A stretch of DNA of 64,000 bases. It comes from Azolla caroliniana (lineage: Eukaryota > Plantae > Polypodiophyta). Position 1 is the first letter of the stretch, and each line of letters opens with the position of its first letter. This document shows, in pieces, positions 25,709 to 38,796 of this stretch. The notes beneath the pieces were generated by a model. It was not told where the DNA came from, did not search any database, and was given only the letters and a program-made list of their open reading frames with translations. The position numbers and the translations under genes are program-made. Where the stretch lies: assembly GCA_043228905.1 (NCBI GenBank), contig JBHGNT010000013.1, positions 3,472,001 through 3,536,000 of the forward strand, in the 5' to 3' direction.

Positions 25709-26767
25709 TTACGCCCTTGTCTGTAGCCATTGGCTCCTCGTGGTCAGTGGTCGACTCCTTACCAATCGCAAAAGCCCCGCCTGGGCTTGCTTCTCCAATG
25801 TCCGGAGTTTCGGGCTGACGTGCCCGAACCGCTGATCCCAACGTTTCGATTCTGTGATCAGTATCTCGGCTTTGTTCTTGGCCATTCTATCTCTGCAAGC
25901 CGAGAGGGCATTTTGTTCCGTACCCTCTCCCATGGTACCGTCGTACTGATCTCCTGCCATATTGTGGGGCAGGTCCGTCTTCTCAGCATCGGCTTGCAGC
26001 CTCGATCTTTCCCCCTCCTCGAGCATTGCCTCGAGAGCTGTGTACGCCTCCGCAATCCTGGCCCCAAAGCCGATCCTTGCCGACTCTCTTTGCCGTTTGG
26101 CCTCTTCCCGTTGTGATGGCACGCCGTTGCGCGCCTTCCTCCATGCCTTCTCGTCCCGCTCGTCATCTAGCCGTTGGCATACCCTTCCGACCTTCGACCA
26201 GTCGTCCGTAAGGCCATTCGCTCCATCCTCGTCTTCGAGCTCAATCCCGATGGCCTCCAGTTCTACTCGATTGATTGACTTAACGAACAACAAGACTTTG
26301 TCCACCCCTACCAAACCTTGTTCCCGCTCCGGGAGCCGAGCAAGGCGTCGCTCGAACTCTCGGAACGCCTTCGTTGTGCCCCGGTAGGTCTTCGCCGATG
26401 CCACCCACTGGTTGAAGCCGCGTCGTCCCCGGCTCTTCCGTCGTCCTCCATATGCCTACACGAGAACCTCTTCGAAGGCCTCCCACAAACTATGAGCTTC
26501 TCGGAGCTCCTTCACTTCCGCGTGCATGCGGACGACGACGACCCGACAGAAGAACTCCAGCCTCAACACCTCGTCTACGTCTCGCTCCTCCATTTCCGCG
26601 TTGTAGGCTTTCAAGTAGAATGGGACCTTGTCCCCATTGAAACGGCCGACTCTTTCGACCACTCGCTCAACAGCTTGCTACGCCGTCTCTCTTCTTCTTG
26701 TTGCTCGTTCAAACTCCCTCACCGCTTCAACAAAAAGTTGTGCGAAGTCATCTTCTTCCAACTCCAT
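25709..26767 (-). pseudogene. Gag remnant of the non-autonomous gypsy element
   Basis: VGRFNGDKVPFYLKAYNAEM and KVLLFVKS...GLTDDWSKVGRVC match the gag at 56886. Confidence 0.85.
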
Positions 26768-26918
26768 TCTCCCTTGCCGCCCTTTCACGTCGGGTTCACC
26801 AAATATGTCGCATTGTTACACACGTACATGTAGAAAGGGGCGGGACCACGGGGGTCTCGGATGAGGGAGCTCGAGAGACAAGAAAACCAACTCCGGACAC
26901 GTCCCGAAGGCCACTGAA

Positions 26919-26976
<58 letters not shown>

Positions 26977-27201
26977 CACTCGCTACACTGACTCTTATGC
27001 ACGGAAAACAGAAAGGGGTGGAAACACCCGACACTACCAGAGACGCGAATGTGCACAACCAAACATATATATATATATGTTACAATGTGAGAGATACAAC
27101 CCCGGCTTCGAGCCAGACCTAGGAAGCTCAGTATACAACAGTTGTCTACTGCCAAGCAAGAGAAAATAGGAAAAGAACTAACTTACATCAACCCTAACAG
27201 A

Positions 27202-30200
27202 TGTTAGGAAATAGGTCCCTCCGAATGGGAAGTGAGAAGAACAGTACTGATGAGCAAACTCGGCCGAGGCCGAGAACCAGATAATGAGTACCCGGCTACG
27301 GAGAGACGGATGGTACAGACCCGGTGAGAACCGGATGGCGAGTACCCGGCTACGGAGAGCCGGATGGTGCAAACCCGGTGAGAACTGGATGGTGAGTACC
27401 CGGCTACGGAGAGCCGGATGATGCAAACCCAGTGAGAACCGGGATGAAGAGACATATTTGCAAATATGTTTCTGAGAGTCCATCGTGGCTATATTTGTAA
27501 ATAGCCGAAAAGTCATATTAGTATAAATATGACTTAGGGTAGACTTATGAAAGTGTTGTTGTCATTCTTGTTGGCGCAAGATTAGAGCGCGCAACTGTGT
27601 ACAGAGAGAGTGAGAGTGAGGAAGAGGTCATTGCCTCTAATTGTAACCGCCGCCTGTGGCGAAGATAGCAAGCTCGAGGTCGTGGCCTCGGTGCTTTCTT
27701 ATTGTACATTCTGACATAGTGATAGTTTGCGGTCTGTGGGCTGCCGTGGTTTTTCCCGAGTTTGGGTTTTCCACATAAACATCCTGTGTACTCTTCTCTC
27801 TATCGTGTTGTGTTTCATTCCCTATTTTCTGTGTTTTATTCTAGGCTCGGTTGTGGCCGAGCGTTGTTCAAAGGGAGCATGTAGTTCCTGTCAAAGTGGT
27901 ATCAGAGCGAAACGACACAGAAAATGGACGACTCGTTGGGAGGCATGTTCAAGATCACCGGCTCCAACTATTCGGTGTGGAAGTCGAAGATGAGGGACAT
28001 GCTCGTGGTTAAAGATCTTTGGTTGCCGGTTCAATTTGGGGACAAGAGATCGGACAAAATCGACGCCACAATATGGGAGGTGATGCACATGAAGACAATG
28101 GCTTACATACGGTGCTTCATCGACATGAGCCTGTACAACAACTTCAATGAAGAGAGCAAGGCTCATGAGCTCTGGGAGAAAATCGGCATTATGTTTCAGA
28201 ACAAAAATGTTGTTAACCAGGTTTCAATATTCCGGAAGCTAGTGAGACTCTGGTACCAGGATGGCTCCAGCATGGCAGAGCACATGAATGCCTTCCAAGG
28301 GCTGATACACCAAGCAACATCATTGGAAGTACCTCTCGCCAATGAGGTACTAGTGCTACTCCTACTCGGTTCCCTCCCAGATAGCTGGGAGACGTTGGTT
28401 GTCACTTTGGGCAACGCTGGGCCGGAAGGGAAATGGTTATCCCTAGCAAGAGTGAAATCGAGCTTGCTAGATGAGGAGGCGCGTCGGAAATATAAGGATA
28501 CGAGCTCCGACTCCAAAGCGCTCCTTACCGAATTGGAACCCGGAAGACAAAGGAACCGTAGCCCCCAGAACCGAGAAAAGTCAGGGACACAGTCAAAGTC
28601 AAGGGGGAGGCCTACTTGCTTCTATTGCGGCAAGCCGGGACACTTCCAGAAGAACTATCGGCATTTCCGTAAAGACAAGGAAACCGACGGCACCGATTCG
28701 AAGCGGACACCAGACCGGAACGGTAAAGACCGGAGGGGGCCGGACCGGAAGGGAACGACGGCAATCGCGGCAAGTGAATAAGAGTTAATGCTCATCACCG
28801 AGGAGAGTGAGATAAACCTTGCCGGCGACGAGATGACCTAGGTGGTCGACTCCGGAGCGTCGTTCCACCTTACCCCAGACCGGAAGTGCTTCTCATCCTA
28901 CTCAGCCGGTGATCACGGCTATGTCCGGATGGGGAATGAAGGTACATGCCAAATTGTCGACATAGGAGACGTGTCGCTAACAACACCAACCGGATGCAAG
29001 CTGCTGCTGAAGGATGTCTGACACGTTCCGGAGGTTCATCTGAACCTGATATTAGCCAGTCGGCTTGATGATGAAGGCTACACGGTAGCATCCGGAACGG
29101 TGTTATGAAGTTCAGCAAAGGGAGCCTGATTGTGGCTCGGGCCCGGAAGGTCAACACGTTGTACCTGATGAATGCCCGGTTATGCCCGGAAGAAGTAAAC
29201 ATGGCATCCGACACTGCCGGTGAGCTGTGACACAAGAGACTGTGCCACATGAGCGAGAAGGGAATGAAGAGGCTTGCAGACGACAACCTCATTCCAGTGA
29301 AGAACATGCACTTGGAGAAGTGCACTGATTGTCTGGCCGGTAAACAAAACCGAACCTCTTTCCGATCGAGGCCACCGATGAGACGTAATGCACCACTGGA
29401 GTTGGTGCATACTAATGTATGTCAAGTGGATACGAAGTCACATGCCGGATCGCAGTACTTCGTGACGTTCATAGATGACCATAGCCGGAAGCTGTGGGCC
29501 ACACCGTTGAAGATGAAGGATCAGGTGTTATCCGTCTTCAAAGAGCTCTACGCGAGAGTGGAAAGAGAAACCGGCCGGAAGCTGAAGGCGGTTCGAGCAG
29601 ATAACGGAGCTGAATACCGGGGGGAGTTCGAGGAGTACTGTCGCTCGAAGGGAATCCGGCTCGATTTACCGTGCCGAAGACACCGGAACTTAACGGGCTG
29701 GCCGAGAGGATGAACTGGACCATAATGGAGAGGGTCCAGAGTATGCTGGCGCATGCAAAACTACCCAAGAAGTTTTGGGCTGAGGCACTGTCGACGGCGA
29801 CATATGTGATAAACAGATAACCCTCAGTACCCTTGGACGGAGACACGCCACAGAGAGTCTGGACCGGTAAGGAGGTGTCCTACCGGCATCAAAAGGTATT
29901 CGGGTGTCTCGCGTACGTGCATGTAGCTAAGGACCGGAGAGGAAAGTTAGATCCAAAGACCCGGCCATGCATATTCCTCGGTTACGGCGACGATGAGTTC
30001 AACTACCGAGTGTGGGACCTGGTTGACAAGAAGGTATTCCGGAGTCGAGATATTATCTTCATGGACGACAAGACGCTCGCCGACTGGGAGTCGGAGAAGA
30101 AGATAATGAACTCCGAGTCGACCGGTAAGGATCGATTCTATGATGAACAGACCCAATCGGCAAGAGACCGGTTAGCACTCAAGGAACCAGCCGGTTACAG

Positions 30201-32669
30201 TGAGGATATCGAACCGGCAGAAGAAGAAGTAGAGGAAGCCGAAACCGAAACCGGCCAAGACCCCGAATGGGATTCGGATGAAGAGCAAATGGAGGAGCCG
30301 GTTACCGAAGCCCAAAGACGGAGATATCCTCTCAGAGAGAGAAGGGCCCCCCAGAGATTTCCGGATGCAGAGCATGTGCTGCTAACCGATGAGGGGGAGC
30401 CAAAAAGCTTCATAGAGGCGAAGGATGACACCCACAGCCGCAAATGGTTAAATGCCATGCATGATGAGATGGATTCCCTACATGAGAACCATATGTATGA
30501 ATTGGTGGAGTTGCCGAAAGGAAAGCGGGCACTCCGAAATAAGTGGGTGTATAAGTTGAAACCGGCAGATGCCGGCAACCCCCCGAGATACAAAGCCAGG
30601 ATCGTGGTGAAGGGGTTCCGGTAGAAGAAGGGTGTGGACTTCGACGAGATATTTGCCCCGATAGTAAAGATGACCTCCATCCGGATGGTGCTGAGTATAG
30701 CAGCAAGCATGGACCTCGAGGTAGAGCAGCTGGACGTGAAGACGGCATTCCTTCACAGCGACCTCGAAGAGGAGATCTACATGCAGCAATCGGAAGGATT
30801 CGTGGAGAAAGGGAAGGAGCACCTGGTTTGCCAGTTGAAGAAGAGCCTCTACGGGTTGAAGCAGGCCCCCCGGCAATGGTACCGGAAGTTCGACTCCTTC
30901 ATGACCGATCAAGGGTACCACAAGACACAGGCCGATCACTACGTGTTTGTGAAGAAGTTCGAAGGAGGTGACTTCCTAATACTCCTTCTGTACGTGGACG
31001 ACATGTTGATTGTCGGACGGGACCAAGCCAAAATACGGATGCTGAAGAAGGGCCTCAATTGGACCTTCTCAATGAAAGACTTGGGTCCGGCAAGACAGAT
31101 GTTGGGGATGCATATTATCCGGAACCGGTCAGTGAAGCAATTGTGGCTGTCACAAGAGAAGTACGTGAAAAAGGTACTTCACCGGTTCAACATGACAGAT
31201 GCGAAACCGGTCGGATCGACACTCCCAGCAAACTGCAGATTATCCGGTAAGCAAAGCCCGAAGACGAAAGCAGAGAAGGCTGATATGATGAAGGTTCCAT
31301 ATGTCTCTGCCGTCGGGAGCTTGATGTACACAATGGTGTGTACCCGACCGGATATAGGCTACACAGTCGGAGTGGTGAGCTGGTTTATGAGCAATCCCGG
31401 AAAGGAGCACTGGAACGCGGTCAAATGGATACTCCAGTACTTGAAGGGCACTTCGAATATGTGTCTCTGATTCGGCTCCGGAAAACCTCAACTTGACGGT
31501 TTTACCGATTCGGACATGTTGGCTGATGTGGATACCAGCCGGTCTACATCCAGGTATGTAATGACATATGCAGGGGGAGCTGTTTCGTGGCAGTCGAGGC
31601 TGCAGAAGACGGTTGCGTTGTCAACCACGGAGGCGGAGTACATGGCGACTGTGGAAGCCGGCAAGGAAATATTATGGATGAAGGACTTCATCGGAGAGCT
31701 CGGTATCCGGCATGATGAATACCAGCTCTATTGTGACAGTCAAAGTGCCATCCACCTTGCTAAGAATGCGGCCTACCATTCCCGGACGAAGCATATCCAG
31801 CGAAGGTATCACTGGATCTGGGAAAGAGTAGATAACCAGGAGTTCGCGCTGACAAAGATTCACACGGCCGAGAACGGGTCAGATATGCTGACCAAAGTAC
31901 TGATACCCAACAAGTTGGATGCATACCGGAAGCGGGTCGGACTAGTAAGACATCCCATGGCGGAGTGAAGGGGGAGTTTGTTAGGAAATAGGTCCCTCTG
32001 GATGGGAAGTGAGAAGAACAGTACTGATGAGCAAACTCGGTCGAGGCCGAGAACCGGATGATGAGTACCCGGCTACAGAGAGACGGATGGTACAGACCCG
32101 GTGAGAACCAGATGGCGAGTACCCAGCTACGGAGAGCTGGATGGTGCAGACCCGGTGAGAACCGGATGGCGAGTACCCGGCTAGGGAGAGCTGGATGGTG
32201 CAGACCCGGTGAGAACCGGATGAAGAGACATATTTGCAAATATGTTTCTGAGAGTCCATCGTGGCTATATTTGTAAATAGCCGAAAAGTCATATTAGTAT
32301 AAATATGACTTAGGGCAGACTTATGAAAGTGTTGTTGTCATTCTTGTTGGCGCAAGATTAGAGCACGCAACTGTGTACAGAGAGAGTGAGAGTGAGGAAG
32401 AGGTCATTGCCTCTGATTGTAACCGCCGCCTGTGGCGAAGATAGCAAGCTCGAGGTTGTGGCCTCGGTGCTTTCTTATTGTACATTCTGACATAGTGATA
32501 GTTTGTGGTCTGTGGGCTACCGTGGTTTTTCCCGAGTTTGGGTTTTCCACGTAAACATCCTGTGTACTCTTCTCTCTATCGTGTTGTGTTTCATTCCCTG
32601 TTTTCTGTGTTTTATCCTAGGCTCGGTTGTGGCCGAGCGCTGTTCAAAGGGAGCGTGTAGTTCCTGTCA
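27202..32669 (+). mobile_element. Full-length Ty1/copia LTR retrotransposon (Tnt1-like, pseudogenised) inserted in a gypsy LTR
   Basis: LTRs 27202-27893 and 31979-32669. iMet PBS at 27897. PPT GAAGGGGGAG before 31979. TSD ACAGA/ACAGT. Confidence 0.95.
27924..31968 (+). pseudogene. Copia gag-pol with stops and frameshifts
   Basis: gag LLLLGSLPDSW and CFYCGKPGH; protease VDSGAS; integrase FIDDHSRK...RADNGAEY; RT QLDVKTAFL...YVDDML; RNase H TTEAEY...RTKHI. Confidence 0.93.
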
Positions 32670-33638
32670 ACAGTATCACTCCTAACTCAAAATGGGCAAC
32701 CCTTTTACAAGGGATCCTCCCTTCTTTTTATAGCACAAGGAGGGAGGTGCGTAACAATGTGGGATAAATCCCGATTTACATGGGATTCTCTATCCCGACT
32801 TGAGTCCTACTCGGTGCCCTAAAGGCACCCCTATTATTCACACGTTTTTACAAGGATAAGTGCACATGATGCACTCCGCTGATTCTTTTGATATTCCCCG
32901 GTTTCTCACTATGGCCCGGAATCTTCACGACAACGCGCTTTCCATACATACCACAAGGTGAAGCCTGCAATGAGCATCCAAATGTCCCGGAACCTAGGGG
33001 ATGCAAACTACAAGGCTCTCTCAAATTGAATCTTGGCGATTTTTCCCCTAATGCATACATAGCACCAACTATCCGCATTGAAGGCGTCCGTCCACCTATC
33101 AACAGAGTGATCAAGCCATGCCGCAACACTCCACGATGTTGTTCCTTCCACTTCCCATGCCGCAAGGAGGCGAGTCACTCTATCCCATACCTTTTGAGCA
33201 TGAGGGCAATCCCACAGACAATGCCTCAAAGTCTCAATAGGTGAATGGCAAAGTGGGCAGCTTAACGGGCTGCCACGTTTACCTAGCCATTCGCCAACGA
33301 AAACCACATTATGACCGATTTGCCACCAAAAAAACTTTATCTTTTCCGACAAGTGGAGACGCTTGAGACCCTTCCAAAAGGTAATGAGCACCTCATCAGG
33401 GATGCCCAATGTATGGCAGCCATTGTGTAAGGGGTCGTCTATTTGTAGTTGAAAAGCCCGACCCAGTTTAGTGTTGTACTCGAAGAATTGGTGAAATTTG
33501 CTATCATGGTTCCACCTAAAATCCCCTGGGTCCCATTCTAGTTCGACGAGAGGATGACAACCATCCTCTACCCATAACTTCCAATGGGGTTTCACCTTAG
33601 CAACATCCAGGTCTATCCAAATGTTTCCAACCTGCGCC

Positions 33639-36432
33639 TGTCATGATATGACAAGACTCAAACCCATGACCTTATGCTACATGGGTCGAGCTCTTACCAT
33701 TAGACTATGAATTGTAATACGTAGGATATTATTTTCATTTATGCTTTATCATAGAAAATTGATGTATATTCCAGATCTCTCTAAAACATTCTAGAAGCTT
33801 CAGGATTATTCCTAAGAACACTATAAAGAGGGCACTAGGCATTATGTTGAACCAAATTGGTTCAAACTGTCAGGAACAGTACTAAGACAGAGAAGGAATT
33901 AGTACTAAACGAATGATTAGTACTATGAGAGGTGTAGAACTTCTTTGAGAGAAGGAAGAAGTGAGCGAGACGGAGATAAAGAGAGAGATTGAGAGAGGGA
34001 GAGAGTGATGATAAGAAAGATATGTATTATGTGAAGAGAATATACACAAACCGGGTCCTCAATCCAAGACGACTCGTGACACTCGTCGTTTTAAAGGGGG
34101 GATAGTGTCATGATATGGCAAGACTCGAACCCATGACCTTAGGTTATATGGGTTGAGCTCTTGACCATTAGATCATCTATTGTAATACGTAGAATAATAT
34201 TTTCATTTACATTTTATTATAGGAAATTAGTGTATATTCCAAATTTCTCTGGAACATTCTAGAAGCTTCAGGATTACTCCTGAAAACACTATAAAAGAGG
34301 GCACTAGGCATTATGTTGAACCAAATCGGTTCAACGCTAGTCTTAAGCCTTTTAGCCACCATTGTATATTCTCTTCACATAATATATATCTTTCTTATCA
34401 TCACTCTCTCCCTCTCTCAATCTCTCTCTTTCTCTCTGTCTTGCTCACTTCTTCCTTCTCTCAAAGAAGTTCTACACCTCTCATAGTACTAATCCTTTGT
34501 TTAGTATTAATTCCTTCTCTGTCTTAGTACTGTTCCTGACAGTTTGAACCAATTTTCCTACCTTCTGTCTCTCTCATTTCCTACTAATCTCTTATTCCTC
34601 TTTTCTTTCATCCCATGGCCACTATTAGCGCTGAAGAATATAAATCTGTTTTCTCAGAATTTGAATGCTTGAAGGAGAAGTTGCATGCTTTGGAACAAGA
34701 AAACCAACGGTTGCTGGGGGATCTTCAGCAAATCTCCTTAGAAAAGCAGCAAACGCAACAACAGCATGGGGAACTTGCGTTACGCGTGCAACAACTCGAA
34801 GCAACCATCGTAGCAATGCAACAACAAGGGCCCGGAACACAAGGGATTCATAAAGAACCCAAGATTGGCCTTCCCACGAAGTTCGATGGAACGTGATCGC
34901 AGTTTAGAGGGTTCCTTAACCAGGTACGATTAGTTATTCAAATGCATCCTTCCCGATATCCCACCGATGCATCACGAGTGGGTTTAGTAGGCACTTTGTT
35001 AAGTGGCTCAGCGTTGTCATGGTTCGCTCCACTATTAGAAAAGGAATCTCCGTTACTCAACAATTTTGAAGAGTTTCTAGGTGAGTTTAAAGCATGTTTC
35101 GGAGATACTGACAGCATCAGGACCGCAATCAACAAAATTCGGCGATTACGCCAAGGTGACCATCCAGCCTCTGCATACGCTGCAGATTTTCGCCTACTCG
35201 CTGCCGATATCCCTTGGGATGATCAAGCGTTGATGGAGCAATTCCGTTATGGTTTACGCAACGACGCCAAGGATTTACTCTTGACCTTCCCCGAAGAGCC
35301 AAAGTCCTTAACAGAAGCAATCAATCGCGTGGTGAGATGTGACAACCGCCTCTTTGAGCGACGTTCGAAACAACAGCTACAGATGTCAAGGGCAAGATCA
35401 GAGCCCACCTACGCCTCAGTGGTAGCAAGACCTTTTCCGAGGGAGTCATATAATGCACCTCCAGCGAATACTCCGACTCCAATGGAGATTGACACTACAC
35501 GTCCTCGAGGGCTATTATCCGAAGAAGAAAAGCAGTGACGTCGTACAAATCGACTATGTCTTTATTGCGGTGGACCAGGACATATCGCAATAAATTGCCC
35601 CCATAGGCCAAGAAGACAAGTAAACCAAATAGTCGCTAGTTCTAATTGTACTAAACCCGAGCCTATTTCAGTAGGGATATCTGATAGTCCTAATAGTACT
35701 AATAGCCCAGATCTAGCAAACAAATTTGATGTCCTTAGTCAATTAGAAGAAGAGTTAAACGACTAAGTCCAGCCAAAATAGGAGTCGTTTGGTTGGACAG
35801 CCCTAGATCTGTGCAGCCCATTAGTGGTTCCATTCCCTAGCAAGTTAGTGATGTGTTTGTAGCCCAAGTAATAGTTAGTACTAAAAGTACCCCTCCAGTA
35901 CATGTCCTAGCACTCCTAGATTCCTGAGCTAACTCTTGCTTTATGGATAAGAAATTTGCTAAAGCTCATAAGATATCCTTAAGAACGCATTGGAATTCAT
36001 CATGATATGGCAAGACTCGAACCCATGACCTTATGCTACATGGGTTGAGCTCTTACCATTAGACTATGAATTGTAATACGTGGAATATTATTTTCATTTA
36101 TGCTTTATCATAGAAAATTGATGTATATTCCAGATCTCTCTGGAACATTCTAGAAGCTTTAGGATTATTCCTAAGAACACTATAAAAGAGGGCACTAGGC
36201 ATTATGTTGAACCAAATTGGTTCAACGCCAGTCTTAAGCCTTTTAGCCACCATTGTATATTCTCTTCACATAATACATATCTTTCTTATCATCACTCTCT
36301 CCCTCTCTCAATCTCTCTCTTTCTCTCCGTCTCGCTCACTTCTTCCTTCTCTCGAAGAAGTTTTACACCTCTCATAGTACTAATCCTTCGTTTAGTACTA
36401 ATTCCTTCTATGTCTTAGTATTGTTCCTGATA
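33639..36432 (+). mobile_element. Rearranged, internally deleted Tcn1/Tf1/Sushi-like chromovirus derivative with self-priming PBS
   Basis: TSD GCGCC at 33634-33638 and 36433-36437. Order: U3 33639-33865, inverted U5/R 33854-34046, PPT, full LTR 34106-34541, gag, protease stub, LTR about 35998-36432. Confidence 0.9.
34615..35766 (+). pseudogene. PEG10/Sushi-like gag with CCHC knuckle (two CGA>TGA stops)
   Basis: EPKIGLPTKFDGT, LLSGSALSW, LRQG...AYAADFR, FRYGL, PTPMEID and CLYCGGPGHIAINC. Confidence 0.9.
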
Positions 36433-38796
36433 GCGCCACCATGCGAATAGGGTGCCAAGAGCCCCTACTCTAACTCTCCCCAAAATCCTACCTCTTCCCA
36501 ATCTGCTCACGCCCTTCAGTGCCTTAACCCTTCCAGCCTCATCAAAGAGACCGAACCAAGCATCTTCTCTCACCTCCCCCATCAGAACCCTATCAACTAC
36601 CTCAGCTAGCAATCTCCGCATTTTCATGGCTCCCTTGAGGGGAGGGAATGGGACCTCCTGGGCTCCTCCTAAAGCCACCGTGCGTCTTCAATCATCTAAA
36701 GAGTGAAGTCCTGTTTGCACCAGCTTTCCCCATGCTAGGGCCTTAAGCTGGCCTAACATCATGTCGTCACTTGTTCGCACCTGAGGGTTCCAAAATAATG
36801 GTTGTCTAGACCACTTGGTTAGTGTCTTCGGCGTGTGCTTCACCAAATGATGTCGTATGTGACACCATGCCTGCAAGATGGAGTTCGTGACCCTATCCTC
36901 CAAAAGACAAGCCATCTTGGGTGGGACGCCACTAGTGCAACACCAATTCAAGGAGTCTGGCCAAGGCCTACCATACTTGGGAGTCCCTACCTACAACCTA
37001 TTGCGAAGTAGAACCTTCCAACACCCCTTACCTGGTAGGAGGCTGCTAACCACCATTTTGGCTAGCAATGCTCGGCTCTGCATTAAGGGGTCTATGAGGC
37101 CAAGCCCCCCTTTGGCCCGCAGTTGTGTTAACCAATGCCATGACACTCTGGCAGCAGCCATCGGGTTGTCCTTACTTGACCATACAAACCCCATGATGGC
37201 AGCCTTAACCGCGCGCAAGCCTGAAGGATCCATAATCCAGCACGAGACTGAGTGCCACATGGTGGCGAGAATCACTTGGTTCGCAATAAGAACCCTACCA
37301 ACAAAGGATAGTTTAGACCTGCTCCATTGGTTCAACTTCTTGCTTAGTTTGGCTTGCACATGTGACAATTGCGCTCCCTTGGCGATTGCCCTCCCCATCG
37401 TAAATCCGAGGTACTTGAATGTCGTCCCATTAGAGACCCATGCAAAATCAACATGGGGATGCCACCTCGGCTTCTCTTGTTCGTTGAACCAGAGGCCTTA
37501 GGTTTTATCCCAATTGATCTTGGCACCGGCAACCTGACAAAAGTCTTCAACAAGATGTTCAACTCGCTACAGATTTGCATCATCACCCTGGAAAAAAAGG
37601 ACCGTATCGTCGGCATATTCAGATAACAGAAGATCCTCAGTCACATTTGGGATGCACAATCCCCTCGCTGCTTGGTGCTTGTAAGTAGGCTAAGAAAGCC
37701 TCAGTTACAAAGAGATAGAGATATGGGGCTAGGGGACAACCTTGCCTCACTGAGCAATATAGTTGGATGGCGGGGCCCCTTGCACCAGATACCAACACAC
37801 TACTGGTAGCAGTCCGATAGAGTGCAGAAGTGCAATTCCGCCATTGCAGGGGAAGGCCCTTTTTCTTCCTCTCTTCTGGGATTTGATGCATGATGTATAT
37901 GTGGGGTTTATACTTACCTTGCTATTTGAATGTAATGAACTTGGTTATACTTTAAACTATGAACAAGGATGGTGACAAATTATTCAGCATGAAAATTTGA
38001 TCACGAGGTGAGAAACAATGTGTTAATTTGTTTAAATTTTGTGGAAGGCAAATTTTGAAATCAGATCTCATAATGATTTAGTCACCATCAATGAATTTAC
38101 TTTGCATGAGTTCTGACAATATTTTACCCCCAAATTCTATGGCTGTAATTTTATTTCACGAGCGAAGTGACTAGAACTCACTAAAAAGCTTGTAGCCAAA
38201 TGGCCACCCTAGTGTGAAACGAGCCCAATCTCATTGTAAAAACTATAAAACTTGCATTTTAGTGACTTTAATAGCTCTTCTTCCTCTTGGGTTCTCTCTT
38301 TTCATATAGTTTGTACTAGAGTTCACATGATCCCAACGATCTAACGTGAAGGTAACCATTAGCTTATCATGTTAACCCAAGGTGATAGGGAGGTAGTACT
38401 ATAGAAAGCACATGGAAGGCAACAAAGAAAATATGAAACAAATTTTTACCTACCTCATCATGTAGGAAATAAGAGCACCATCTTATGATTTATCTCCAAG
38501 AAGTTCGACAAAGTTTTATTTCCTCCAAAGAATCTTTAAAAATAGGCATTTGAAAGTTTTGCAAGTTCAGATCCAAGTGGTATCTATAATTTCCATTTCA
38601 ACCAAATGATCCTTGACATTGTGTATTACCATTGCAAGCCTTCTTTTTACTTCTACTTATAATTATTTTTTCACCGTCCTTTAACTATTATTAATAACTA
38701 TATTTTTAATCATTTCAAAACATCAAAAAGTAATTTTTTACATGGTTGAAACATAAAGTAATGTGATCTCTCACGACGAAATTCTCTTGGTGGACG

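Larger units (their letters stand above)
19824..32932 (-). mobile_element. Non-autonomous gypsy-derived LTR element (gag remnant, no pol) hosting nested insertions
   Basis: 3' LTR 19824-20588; 5' LTR 26806-27201 plus 32670-32932. Trp PBS 26784-26801. PPT GTGGGGGCGGA next to 20589. Decayed 4-bp TSD ATGT/ACGC. Confidence 0.88.
19388..37860 (-). mobile_element. 5'-truncated L1-type LINE ORF2 in three pieces (19388-19823, 32933-33638, 36433-~37860)
   Basis: RT motifs RQGCPLAP and YADD near 37610, GGLGL, and zf-RVT CPLC..ETLRHCLWDC. WYVWKARCLKVFQ is restored across the 19824-32932 insertion. Poly(A) reads as a T-run at 19388-19400. Confidence 0.85.
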
